DNA from: an uncultured Bacteriovorax sp.
GTDB taxonomy: Bacteria > Bdellovibrionota > UBA1018
Assembly (NCBI GenBank): GCA_964508305.1
Contig: CAZDSX010000006.1
Span: 14,151 to 71,663 of the forward strand
Direction of reading: 5' to 3'
Length of the DNA stretch: 57,513 nt
In this document: positions 1 to 8,888 of the stretch, piece after piece
Layout: the number at the start of each line of letters is the position of its first letter
How positions within the stretch are numbered: the stretch's first letter is position 1
Notes under the pieces: generated by a model
Databases searched by the model: none
Told to the model about the DNA's origin: nothing
The model's input: only the letters and a program-made list of their open reading frames with translations
Program-made: the position numbers and the translations under genes

Positions 1-1
1 A

Positions 2-1282
2 ACCTGCACGGCCACGCTGAGTGCGTCGGGTTCCTGCACGGTGGTGCTCCGCTTTTCGCCGGGTGCGGCGATGAACACGACCAGCAGCTTGCAGTTCATT
101 TATTTTGACGGCGTCGTGGACCGCTCCATTTCGTTTAGCTTGAACGGGTATACCCCGGCATCGCTGACGCTGACGCCGTCCACAGGAGTGGCGATGGGTG
201 ATCGCGCCATCGGTGGAACCCACTCGGCCACCTTCACGCTCACCCGCACCGGGGGTCCGGCCGGGCTCTCGCTCTCTGCGGCAGTCTCGGGTGCAGGCTT
301 TGCCTTCCTCGATGGAACTTATCCCGGGACTGGCGGCAGCTGTGGTGCCACCCTGCCCGCCTCAAGCTGCACCATCGTCACGGCACTCAGCCCCACCACG
401 CTTGGCCCCTGGTCCGGCACGCTCACGGTAAACGCACAGAATGGCACCGGGACCACGAGCTTCAGCCGGCCTGTGGCACTCACTTCAAAAAACCCGGCCG
501 TTCTGGGGAGTCCGGATGTCCTTGTGAACTTTGCCAATACCGCTACCGGCTCCTTCTCAGAAGAAATCGTGATTTTGGAAAACACGGGGGAGCTCCCCTC
601 ATCATCGATCGGAGGAGCGGTCAGCGGTGCTGGGTTTAATTTTGCCGGAGGAAGTTACCCCGGCACTGGAGCCACCTGTGGATCCTCGCTCCCAGCCGGG
701 CAATCCTGTACCGTCCTCCTTCGCTTTACTCCCTCATCTGCCCAAACCTTCCTGGGCCAGCTTTCCATGAGCAGCCATGACGGTGCCATTGCCCAGTCCT
801 TTTCGATTCCCCTTCGCGGAGACGGCGTTCTTTCCGTGCCAAAAACCTCCGCTGCCAAGCCTTCCATCACTCAGCGACCGCAGCCCGTCCCTGATCAAGA
901 TGGAGATGGCGTACCCGATTGGGTCGAGGATTCTGGAGGCGGGAGCGCAAGCGTGCGCTCTGCGACCAGCGGGGCGGTTGTCTATTCAATTGAGTCGCCT
1001 GAGCCTCTCCACCTCAACTCACTCTCGGTTTGGTGGGCGGGCGATTTGGATGCCGACTTAGTCCAGGACACGCTCTGGCGCTGGTCGTCTGCCGATGGGT
1101 CAGTGGCACACTACCAGTTCAGACTCAGCCAAGGCGGTGGCCTTGGCAGCTCCGTGCGTCTCTCCAGGCAGGAGGGACTGGATCCGCTCCGCTTTGCCGC
1201 ATCCGGATCACCCGCCTGGAACACGATCACTTTTGAAGACGGAAGACGCTGGCAGCTTGCGCCTACGAAACCGTTTCCTTGA
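2..1282 (+). CDS. 5'-truncated surface/secreted protein with tandem Cys-containing Ig-like (choice-of-anchor D-like) repeats and C-terminal DxDxDG motifs
   Basis: Frame is open from base 2 (TCTATLSASGSCTVVLRFSP). Repeats GAGFAFLDGTYPGTGGSCGATLPASSCTIV and GAGFNFAGGSYPGTGATCGSSLPAGQSCTVL; motifs DQDGDGVPDW and GDLDADLVQD; Ser/Thr/Gly-rich. Confidence 0.7.
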   Translation, partial: TCTATLSASGSCTVVLRFSPGAAMNTTSSLQFIYFDGVVDRSISFSLNGYTPASLTLTPSTGVAMGDRAIGGTHSATFTLTRTGGPAGLSLSAAVSGAGFAFLDGTYPGTGGSCGATLPASSCTIVTALSPTTLGPWSGTLTVNAQNGTGTTSFSRPVALTSKNPAVLGSPDVLVNFANTATGSFSEEIVILENTGELPSSSIGGAVSGAGFNFAGGSYPGTGATCGSSLPAGQSCTVLLRFTPSSAQTFLGQLSMSSHDGAIAQSFSIPLRGDGVLSVPKTSAAKPSITQRPQPVPDQDGDGVPDWVEDSGGGSASVRSATSGAVVYSIESPEPLHLNSLSVWWAGDLDADLVQDTLWRWSSADGSVAHYQFRLSQGGGLGSSVRLSRQEGLDPLRFAASGSPAWNTITFEDGRRWQLAPTKPFP

Positions 1283-2006
1283 TCCTCGCCAGCACCCATT
1301 CAGGATCATCAAGCGGAAGGTCATGGCCTCCCCAGGGATGCGTGTGAACGGGAACGCCCCATGAGGCAGCAAGCCGCTCGGAACAGGCGGGGCTCACGAG
1401 CCTGTCACCTCGGCTATTAATGACGACCACCGGAACCCGGGGCTTGGATTGGGGCGGAGCAAACTTGGCTGCAGCAAGCACCTGCCTAAAAAAGCTCTTG
1501 GGCGTCGGGGGCTCGATGGAAGCAAAAGCCTGGGCGTGGATCTCCCGCTTCTCGGGAGGGAGCGACGAAACGATCGCAAGCACCGCGCGCTCACGGTCAA
1601 TGGGCTTTGCGCCAAGAATGGCGAGCTTGAGAAAAGTCGGATAATGGGCGGGGTTCAGTCGATCCCAAAAAGGGGACTGGTTGCGATCACTCGTGTTGAT
1701 CACGTGAGCAGAGAGCAGCTCTTCGGGATGGCGACTCACCCAATCCGAGGCGACCATGCCGCCCAGAGAGATGGCCACGACTCGGACCGGTCCCTTTTTA
1801 ACGAGGTTGCTTCGAGCGCGGAGGTCATCAGTGAACTCCGGGATCGTCCCGAAGACCTCGCGGTCCCGCTCGGTCCCATTTCCACAGAGGTCAATGGCCT
1901 CAACCTCGTCTCCCGGAACGGCAGCCTGGAAGCGCCCAATAAAGTCGCCCCAATGCTCCTTTCTACGAGCCAAACCCCTTAAAAACACCCATCGCGTGCC
2001 TGCCAT
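1263..2006 (-). CDS. alpha/beta-fold hydrolase
   Basis: LRGLARRKEHW oxyanion region, nucleophile elbow AISLGG, C-terminal GGHDLPLDDP His. Start moved to ATG 2006 because the longer ORF overlaps the divergent ABC-F gene. Confidence 0.85.
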   Translation of the reverse strand: MAGTRWVFLRGLARRKEHWGDFIGRFQAAVPGDEVEAIDLCGNGTERDREVFGTIPEFTDDLRARSNLVKKGPVRVVAISLGGMVASDWVSRHPEELLSAHVINTSDRNQSPFWDRLNPAHYPTFLKLAILGAKPIDRERAVLAIVSSLPPEKREIHAQAFASIEPPTPKSFFRQVLAAAKFAPPQSKPRVPVVVINSRGDRLVSPACSERLAASWGVPVHTHPWGGHDLPLDDPEWVLARIKETVS

Positions 2007-2029
2007 AAATGCGATACTACCCGAACCGC

Positions 2030-3667
2030 ATGATCTCGCTATCGGATATCCACAAGCAGTACGGATCCAAGGTCCTTTATAAGGGCGCAAGCCTCCAGGT
2101 GAAGCCGGGCGAAAAGATCGGACTCGTGGGTCCGAACGGTGCCGGAAAGACCTCGGTGTTCCGCATCATCATGAACGAGATGGGCATCGACTCAGGCACG
2201 GTCACGATCCCCGACAAGTGGGTGATCGGGTATTTTTCTCAGGATGTCGGCGAGATGAAGGGCCGCTCGGCGCTCGAAGAGGTGCTCGCCGGTGCCGGCA
2301 AGATTTCGACGCTCGCTGCCGAGCTCAAGCAGCTCGAAGAGAAGTTGACCGAACTCTCCTCCAACCTCGAGGACGAGTCGGCCATGGAAGAGATGAACCG
2401 CGTCATCGAGCGCATGGGCGAGCTCCAACTCGAGTTTGAAAGCCGCGGAGGCTACGATCTCGAGTCCCGCGCCAAGGAGATCCTCACCGGCCTCGGCATC
2501 GGACCAGAAGATTACAATCGTCCGGTCGAAAGTTTTAGCGGCGGCTGGAAGATGCGCATCGAGCTTTCCAAGATCCTGGCGCTCAAGCCCGATGTCCTCC
2601 TGATGGACGAGCCCACCAACCACCTCGACCTTGAGTCGATCGAGTGGCTCGAAGAGTGGCTCAAAAACTACAAGGGCGCGCTCGTCATGACGAGCCACGA
2701 CCGTGAGTTCATGAACCGCATTGTCTCGCGCATTGTGGAGGTCGCAAACCAGGCGATCACGAGCTACAGCGGCAACTACGACTTTTACGAGCGCGAACGC
2801 GAGATCCGCAAGGACCAGCTCCTGGCCCAGCACCGCAAGCAGCAGGACATGCTGGCCAAGGAAGAAGAGTTCATCGCTCGATTTGCTGCGCGCGCCTCAC
2901 ACGCAGCGCAAGTGCAGTCGCGAATCAAGAAGCTCGAAAAGATCGACCGGGTTGAGATCCCGGCCGAAGAGAAAGCCATTTCATTTGAATTTCCTGTTCC
3001 CCCACGTGGCGGAAACGACGTGGTTCGCTTCAAGGCCCTCGGAAAGCGCTGGAAGCGGGATGATGGCGGCGAAAAGCTCGTTTTCGAAAACGCAACCGGC
3101 CTCGTCAAGCGCCTCGACAAGGTCGCGGTCGTGGGGGTCAACGGTGCGGGCAAGTCCACCTTCCTCAAGATGGTTGCCGGCCAAACCGAGCAGAGCTCGG
3201 GCGACCTCCAGATGGGCGCCGGGATCAATATCGGTTACTTCAGCCAACATGCGCTCGAAGTGCTTAACCCCAACAAGACGATCTTTGATGAGATCCATGA
3301 CCGAATCCCCGAAGCGACGATCGGTTATGTCCGAAACCTGCTCGGCGCGTTCCTTTTTTCGGGAGACGATGTCTACAAAAAGATTGCCGTGCTCTCGGGC
3401 GGCGAGAAATCCCGTGTCGTACTGGCCACCCTGCTTGCCAAGCCAAACAACCTGCTCATCTTGGATGAGCCCACCAACCACCTGGACATCCGCTCGCGCG
3501 AGATGCTCATGAACGCAATCCAGGGCTTCGAGGGCACCGTCCTACTCGTGAGCCATGACCGCCACTTCCTCAAGCAGATCACCACCAAGGTGTTTGAGCT
3601 CGGCAAGGGCGAGATGCACATCTATGAGGGCTCCTACCAGGAGTACCTGAGCCGCAGGCCCCACTGA
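2030..3667 (+). CDS. ABC-F family ATP-binding protein (ribosome-associated translation factor type)
   Basis: Two ABC domains (GPNGAGKT and GVNGAGKS; FSGGW and LSGGE; DEPTNHLD twice), coiled linker, no TM segments. Start set at MISLSDIHK. Confidence 0.95.
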   Translation: MISLSDIHKQYGSKVLYKGASLQVKPGEKIGLVGPNGAGKTSVFRIIMNEMGIDSGTVTIPDKWVIGYFSQDVGEMKGRSALEEVLAGAGKISTLAAELKQLEEKLTELSSNLEDESAMEEMNRVIERMGELQLEFESRGGYDLESRAKEILTGLGIGPEDYNRPVESFSGGWKMRIELSKILALKPDVLLMDEPTNHLDLESIEWLEEWLKNYKGALVMTSHDREFMNRIVSRIVEVANQAITSYSGNYDFYEREREIRKDQLLAQHRKQQDMLAKEEEFIARFAARASHAAQVQSRIKKLEKIDRVEIPAEEKAISFEFPVPPRGGNDVVRFKALGKRWKRDDGGEKLVFENATGLVKRLDKVAVVGVNGAGKSTFLKMVAGQTEQSSGDLQMGAGINIGYFSQHALEVLNPNKTIFDEIHDRIPEATIGYVRNLLGAFLFSGDDVYKKIAVLSGGEKSRVVLATLLAKPNNLLILDEPTNHLDIRSREMLMNAIQGFEGTVLLVSHDRHFLKQITTKVFELGKGEMHIYEGSYQEYLSRRPH

Positions 3668-3668
3668 A

Positions 3669-4862
3669 ATGACTTCGCTGCTTGTTGGACTCATCCTCGG
3701 CTTGGCCGCAGGTCCCTGGGCGGGGCCCCTGGCTCCTCTTCTTTCGGAGACCTCGAAGTGGGTCGTGCAGCTCATCAAGGCACTGGCCGTGCCCCTTCTT
3801 TTCACGGCCATTCTTCACGCCGTTTACTCCACAGAAGTCCGACTCAAGAGCGGCCTCAAGATGGTTGGCGTTGCACTGGTCAATGCCTCGATCGCTCTGG
3901 GTATCGGGATCACCCTCTCGCACTGGCTTCGCCCCGGAGACGCCCTCAGGTCTCTTTGGAGCGATACGAGTGCCTCCGTTACTGGAGCGGCGCCCGAGGC
4001 TTCGACCCTCAAGCTGGATGTCATCAAGAACATTGGCGCATGGATCCCGGACAGCGTGGCTCGACCCTTTGTCGATAACGCCGTCATCCCCGTCATCATC
4101 ATTGCCCTGATCCTTGGGTTTGCGCTTCGCCGCGAGCGCGAAGCCTTTAATCTGGAACGGGTCCTCTCGGGGGCCCAGCGCGTGTGCGAGCACATGCTTT
4201 TTGCGATCACCAGGCTCATTCCGCTGGCCGTTTTTTCGGCCGTCGCCTCGTCCGTGGCCAAGTATGGCTATGGCCCGCTCACGGGACTTTTTTCTTACCT
4301 CGGGGTTGCCCTGTTGGGCCTCACCCTCCACATCCTCCTCACCTACCACGGCTGGATCCGACTTTACTGCCGCCGCAAGATCTCCCTCTTTTGGCGGGAG
4401 GCTCGTCATCCCGTCATCCAATCCATTGGGACCAACAGCAGCCTCGCCACGCTTCCCTTCACTCTCCGGGCGCTGGGGCGGCTGGGCGTCTCCAAACAGT
4501 CCTCAACACTCGGCGCCTGTGTCGGCACCAACCTCAATAACGATGGAATCCTGCTCTATGAGGGCATGGCGTTTTTGTGCGTTGCCCAAGCCATGGGAAT
4601 TGACCTCACGCTCTCCCAACAACTTTCGGCTGCCGTACTTTGCATGCTCACGGGCATGGGTGTGGCCGGCGTTCCGGATGCTGGCTTTATCTCGCTATCG
4701 CTTGTCCTTACGGCCGTCGGAGTCCCGACCGAGAATCTGCCGCTTTTGCTTTCGGTCGACTGGATCCTGGGCCGCGCGCGCTCGGTGACCAATGTGCTGA
4801 GCGACATGACCCTTTCGATGGCCATTGATGGCCCTAGGCCTTTAGACGCGGAAAAAGCTTAG
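3669..4862 (+). CDS. dicarboxylate/amino acid:cation symporter (DAACS/SDF family)
   Basis: Multiple TM helices; motifs GTNSSLATLP, GTNLNNDG, GVAGVP, DWILGRARSVTNVLSD. Confidence 0.9.
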   Translation: MTSLLVGLILGLAAGPWAGPLAPLLSETSKWVVQLIKALAVPLLFTAILHAVYSTEVRLKSGLKMVGVALVNASIALGIGITLSHWLRPGDALRSLWSDTSASVTGAAPEASTLKLDVIKNIGAWIPDSVARPFVDNAVIPVIIIALILGFALRREREAFNLERVLSGAQRVCEHMLFAITRLIPLAVFSAVASSVAKYGYGPLTGLFSYLGVALLGLTLHILLTYHGWIRLYCRRKISLFWREARHPVIQSIGTNSSLATLPFTLRALGRLGVSKQSSTLGACVGTNLNNDGILLYEGMAFLCVAQAMGIDLTLSQQLSAAVLCMLTGMGVAGVPDAGFISLSLVLTAVGVPTENLPLLLSVDWILGRARSVTNVLSDMTLSMAIDGPRPLDAEKA

Positions 4863-6372
4863 CGACTTCGGGTTTGAGCACTTTGCCCATGGCGTTTCGC
4901 GGAAGCGCGGGAACTTCGCGCCAGAGCGAAGGCACCTTGTAGCGGGCAAGCCTTCCCTTGGTCCAGGCGATGAGTGCCGATTCCTGGAGCGTCTCACCGG
5001 GCTTGAGCACGTAGGCCGCTGCGACCCTCTCGCCCCACTCGGGATCGGCGATCCCAACAACGGCCAGGTCGAGGACCTGGGGGTGCTTTCGAAGCTCCTC
5101 TTCGATTTCAAGCGCCGAGACCTTGTAACCACCGGTTTTAAGGATGTCGATCGAGCTTCGCCCAAGGATTCGGTAGTAACCCTCCTCGTCCCTCACTCCT
5201 TGATCACCGGTGATGAACCATCCATCGGGCCGAAACGAAGCGCGCGTGGCCTCATCGCGCCCAAAGTATCCAGCAAACACACAGGAGCCGCGCACCTCAA
5301 TGCCCCCCGACACGCCGTGGCTTGTAATCTCATTTCCTGCGTCGTCCACCAGCCGCACCTCAACGCCGGGAAGAGGAAGCCCGACGGAGCCGGGCTTTCG
5401 CTCACCTGCGAGCGGATTGGAGATCGCCATGCCGATTTCGGTCATCCCATAGCGCTCCAGCAGCACATGGCCCGTGAGCCGCTTCCACCCCTCGAGCATT
5501 GAAACTGGAAGTGCTGCCGAGCCGCTCACCCAGAGCCTGAGTTTTTGGGCGGCATCTGACCACAAAAGCTGGGTGAGCTGTCCCTGGGTTACGTGCGCAT
5601 CCGATAGTTTGGAGTAGATCGTCGGAACGGCCATGAAAAGCGTCACCCTTGCACCATCGCGAGGCCTGACCAGGCGGTCCCAGATGGTCGCTGCGTCGAA
5701 CTGGGCAAAGAGCTCGATGGATCCCCCCGATGCAAGCGCGCAGCACAGCACATTGATGATCCCATGAGTGTGGTGAAGGGGCAGGACTCCAAGCGTGTGG
5801 TCACGAGGAGTCCAGGCCCACGCGTGGATGAGAGTGCGAACCCCCGCCTCGATATTGCCGTGCGTGGCAATGGCTCCCTTGGGCTTTCCGGTTGTTCCGC
5901 TCGTGAAAAGAATTTGCGCCGGACGCGAGCTCCAGGAGTCGTCTACGCCTGGGAGGGCGGCGTCCGATTCCGCACCTGCTGCCCCGAGGAGCTCGCCGTA
6001 TTCCACAAACCGCACACCGGGCCGCTCCGACTGGAGGTCTGACAGCAGGCTTGCCGGCATCTGGGCGTGGATGATGACCGCCGCGCGAGATTCCATCAGC
6101 GCATGCGAGAGCTCGGGCACGGGATGCTGGACGCAAAGGGGGACGGCAACGCTTCCGGAGCGCCAGATCCCCCATTGGGTGATGACGTACTGGGCCGAGG
6201 GCGGTATCCAAAAAGCCACGCGCATGGGCCCATCCCCCGACAGGCCGAGTGCCAGGAGACCCCGCGCCACCCGGTCGGCCTCCTGCGAAAGCTGGGCGTA
6301 GGTAGCCTTGCCCTGGGCGTCCCAAACCGCTGTTTTTTCGGGAAAAGGCTGATTTCCCCTCGCCCAGAACAT
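4834..6372 (-). CDS. acyl-CoA synthetase, malonyl-CoA synthetase (MatB/ACSF3)-like
   Basis: AMP-binding motif FTSGTTGKPKG, ERYGMTE motif typical of MatB/ACSF3, A10 lysine in RNAMGKV; GGAG SD upstream. Confidence 0.85.
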   Translation of the reverse strand: MFWARGNQPFPEKTAVWDAQGKATYAQLSQEADRVARGLLALGLSGDGPMRVAFWIPPSAQYVITQWGIWRSGSVAVPLCVQHPVPELSHALMESRAAVIIHAQMPASLLSDLQSERPGVRFVEYGELLGAAGAESDAALPGVDDSWSSRPAQILFTSGTTGKPKGAIATHGNIEAGVRTLIHAWAWTPRDHTLGVLPLHHTHGIINVLCCALASGGSIELFAQFDAATIWDRLVRPRDGARVTLFMAVPTIYSKLSDAHVTQGQLTQLLWSDAAQKLRLWVSGSAALPVSMLEGWKRLTGHVLLERYGMTEIGMAISNPLAGERKPGSVGLPLPGVEVRLVDDAGNEITSHGVSGGIEVRGSCVFAGYFGRDEATRASFRPDGWFITGDQGVRDEEGYYRILGRSSIDILKTGGYKVSALEIEEELRKHPQVLDLAVVGIADPEWGERVAAAYVLKPGETLQESALIAWTKGRLARYKVPSLWREVPALPRNAMGKVLKPEVAKLFPRLKA

Positions 6373-6390
6373 GAGTCTCCCTCCCGTCTA

Positions 6391-6410
6391 CCCGTCAGCC
6401 TACTGACGGG
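6391..6410. promoter_or_regulatory. perfect 8-bp inverted repeat in the matB/cheW divergent spacer
   Basis: CCCGTCAG-ccta-CTGACGGG. Confidence 0.4.
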
Positions 6411-6460
6411 AAGCAGGCATTTCAAGGGCGGCAGCCGGGCTGCCGATAGGAGAATTGAAG

Positions 6461-6892
6461 ATGAGCAGCACAAACTTTGAAGCCGTGACACACACCCGCT
6501 ACCTGAAATTCACGCTGGGGGGAGCCCCTTATTTGCTCCCGCTCCTTTCGGTGAAGGACGTCATCGAGAACCCTGAGCGCTCGAGCGCCGCCGCTCCATC
6601 TCCGCTTTTTCAGGGCGCCACCCAGCATGAAGGCGCGACGATCCCCGTGCTGGACCTTCGCCTCAAGCTCGGGCGCCGCCCCTCGGCCGATGGCTCATCA
6701 CTCATTGTCTGCTCATTCAGCGCGGGTTACTGCATTGCTCTTCGCGTCGACCAGGTGGTCTCGATCCTGCTGCTCGACGCCCAACAGTACCTCCCCACGG
6801 GGGGGACCCTGCTGGATCCGGAAGAGCTGCTCTCCGATCGCGAGAAGAAGGCCGCCGCACTGGTAGCGCGCTCAAACGGCAAGGCCGCCTGA
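6461..6892 (+). CDS. cheW: CheW-like chemotaxis adaptor (orphan)
   Basis: YLKFTLGGAPYLLPLLSVKDVI, IPVLDLRLKLG, IALRVDQVVSI; AGGAG 8 nt before ATG 6461. Confidence 0.8.
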   Translation: MSSTNFEAVTHTRYLKFTLGGAPYLLPLLSVKDVIENPERSSAAAPSPLFQGATQHEGATIPVLDLRLKLGRRPSADGSSLIVCSFSAGYCIALRVDQVVSILLLDAQQYLPTGGTLLDPEELLSDREKKAAALVARSNGKAA

Positions 6893-7735
6893 GCGGCGCC
6901 CCGCCTCCCTGCTGAGTCGGCTTTCGAGAAACACACGATCCCGGTCCGCCTGCGCCACTGGATAATTCATGTAGCCGGAGTGCTGCCGCGCCTTAAGAAG
7001 CCCTGCGCACTCATGCTTTTGGAACGTGTGGATTGCGCGAATGCGCTCCTGCACCCACGAACCTCGCGAACGTGCTCCAGCGTTTTCGAGAAGCTGGAGA
7101 ATCCACAGTTCGAGGAAATCCCGGGCACCGACACCCGCAAGAAACTCATCCAGCGCTCGAACCCATGCAGGATCCACCCGCCGGAATTTTGCGATCGAGA
7201 CACCCCGCAACCGCTCGCGACCATCGCCCGAAGGCTCACGATGGGCACTGAACTCCAGCAAATCAACCAGCGCCCAAAAAAACTCACGGGTCCAGGATCG
7301 CGATCGATAGGCCCCATGCCAGCGAATGCCCGCGCTTGGCGCAAGCTTTTCGGGCTGGCTGGTGAGGTAGAGCGAAAGACGGCCGCCTGCCTCATCGAAT
7401 TCAACCCCGACCATGGGGTAAAGAAACGAGAAGGCGCCACTGACATTGAACTTGGGCCGGAGCGACTGGATGAGCTCGAGCTCCCTGAGGCAGGCCTCGC
7501 GGTGGGACGCAGAGACCTCGAACTCCAGCCGCGCGGCCTCTCCAAAGATCTTGCGCATCTTGCGATGCTTTTTGAGGCGCGAGGCGTTCCTGTATTGCTG
7601 CAACCTGCGCCGCAGGCGTATGGCCTTGCCGACGTAGAGGATCTCGCCGTCTTTTCCCAGAAAACGATAAACGCCGGGCTCTAGCGGGACGGAGGCGAGG
7701 AAGTCTTTTCCAAACTTCCGATCAAATTCCCGCAT
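6872..7735 (-). CDS. GIY-YIG nuclease, UvrC N-terminal/Cho-like
   Basis: PLEPGVYRFLGKDGEILYVGKAIRLRRRLQQY, then conserved Glu (LRELELIQ) and PKFN; lacks the UvrC C-terminal RNase H and HhH domains. Confidence 0.85.
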   Translation of the reverse strand: MREFDRKFGKDFLASVPLEPGVYRFLGKDGEILYVGKAIRLRRRLQQYRNASRLKKHRKMRKIFGEAARLEFEVSASHREACLRELELIQSLRPKFNVSGAFSFLYPMVGVEFDEAGGRLSLYLTSQPEKLAPSAGIRWHGAYRSRSWTREFFWALVDLLEFSAHREPSGDGRERLRGVSIAKFRRVDPAWVRALDEFLAGVGARDFLELWILQLLENAGARSRGSWVQERIRAIHTFQKHECAGLLKARQHSGYMNYPVAQADRDRVFLESRLSREAGRRSGGLAV

Positions 7736-8795
7736 CCGGCTGCGCCATCACGGTCGCGCGCGAGCGGGCTGCAACGATGCGATGATGCTGCGACTCCAGC
7801 TGCTCGAGGAGCTGCTCGGGTCCGGCACCTTCGAGTACCGCTTCATTGATGATCTGGCGCATGCCCAGCACCTCTTCCTGGAGGGCGGCAAGCTCGTCCT
7901 GGTGCCGCACCTTCTCGCCGATGATGGCGGCGCTCAGCTGCTGCGTGCGGCGCTCCTCGTGAGAGACGGTCTGGGTCAGGCGGGCAATCTGTGTCTCGAG
8001 CTGGATGCGAACTTCATTGAAAGAGTCCCGCACCTTCTCGCGATCCTGCGCGGCTTCCTTCTCCAGCTCGGCACGAATCTTTTCGCGCTCCTTGAGTGCG
8101 CCCCAGTGCATGCGCTCACGCATGGAGCTTTCGATCTTGGCGATCTCTTCGTCCATGCTGCGCTTGGAGGCGCGGAACGCCTCATATTCCTTCGAAATTT
8201 CGGCAAACTTGGTCTCCGAGCTGTGGAGCCTGACGAGCGAAGCCTGGAGCTCTTCCTGGTAGCTCTTGGAGTGGCGCTCGAGCTGCTCGATGCGCTTGCG
8301 TCCTTCGATCTGTTCGAGCTGGGCATTCTCGAGCTGGTGCTCGAGTTCGCGGATGCGCTCGCGGGACTTGTCTCCCTCGACGAGGATGAGCTTGGCTTCC
8401 TTTTCGCGCTGGAGCACTTCGGACCAAGCGGCGCGGTACTGGTTGAGCTCGTCGCGAATGCGCAGGTACTCGGTGTGGAGCACCTTGTGCTGCTGGTTGA
8501 TCTTCTTCTCGTTATCGAGATGGAGCGTGAGGGCGGCCTTGTACTTTTCCTGGTTGAGCTCAAGCTCGCGGTTGCGTGCACGAAGCTCCTGAAGGGCCGT
8601 CTCCTGGTTGGCGGCTGCGGTGTTCAGGTCGGCCGCAAGCTTGCGGTTCTTTTCCTTTTCGGCAGCAAGCGAAGCTTCGAGGCTCCGGAGGGTTCCGGCA
8701 AGTCCCTCGAGCTGGCCGAGGCCTGCAATGGCGCCAGCAGAAGCGTTTGCTCCGGTATTGTTCTGAACATTGGTCGGATTGGCGTAAGCACTCAT
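7722..8795 (-). CDS. long coiled-coil protein of unknown function
   Basis: Glu/Lys/Arg/Gln/Leu heptad-rich over about 300 aa; no Walker motif or TM. GGGGAG SD before ATG 8795; 3' end overlaps the GIY-YIG start. Confidence 0.75.
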   Translation of the reverse strand: MSAYANPTNVQNNTGANASAGAIAGLGQLEGLAGTLRSLEASLAAEKEKNRKLAADLNTAAANQETALQELRARNRELELNQEKYKAALTLHLDNEKKINQQHKVLHTEYLRIRDELNQYRAAWSEVLQREKEAKLILVEGDKSRERIRELEHQLENAQLEQIEGRKRIEQLERHSKSYQEELQASLVRLHSSETKFAEISKEYEAFRASKRSMDEEIAKIESSMRERMHWGALKEREKIRAELEKEAAQDREKVRDSFNEVRIQLETQIARLTQTVSHEERRTQQLSAAIIGEKVRHQDELAALQEEVLGMRQIINEAVLEGAGPEQLLEQLESQHHRIVAARSRATVMAQPDAGI

Positions 8796-8816
8796 AACCA
8801 CAACTCCCCGTTCGAC

Positions 8817-8845
8817 ATTCTGTCGAGCCGCCACCAGACTGTCAA
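8817..8845 (-). promoter_or_regulatory. sigma70-type promoter for the coiled-coil/GIY-YIG operon
   Basis: TTGACA (8845-8840)-N17-CAGAAT (8822-8817) on the minus strand. Confidence 0.6.
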
Positions 8846-8888
8846 ACAAGGGATTGCACTGCTCAGGAATTTTTTGGCGCGCCGCGCC

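Noticed and set aside
2030-3667. Antibiotic-resistance (ARE) ABC-F
   Set aside because: The interdomain linker looks like the housekeeping type, and there is no upstream leader or attenuator space (23-bp spacer).
6872-8795. Lamassu/SMC-type defence system
   Set aside because: The coiled-coil protein has no Walker A/B or ABC signature and there is no third subunit.
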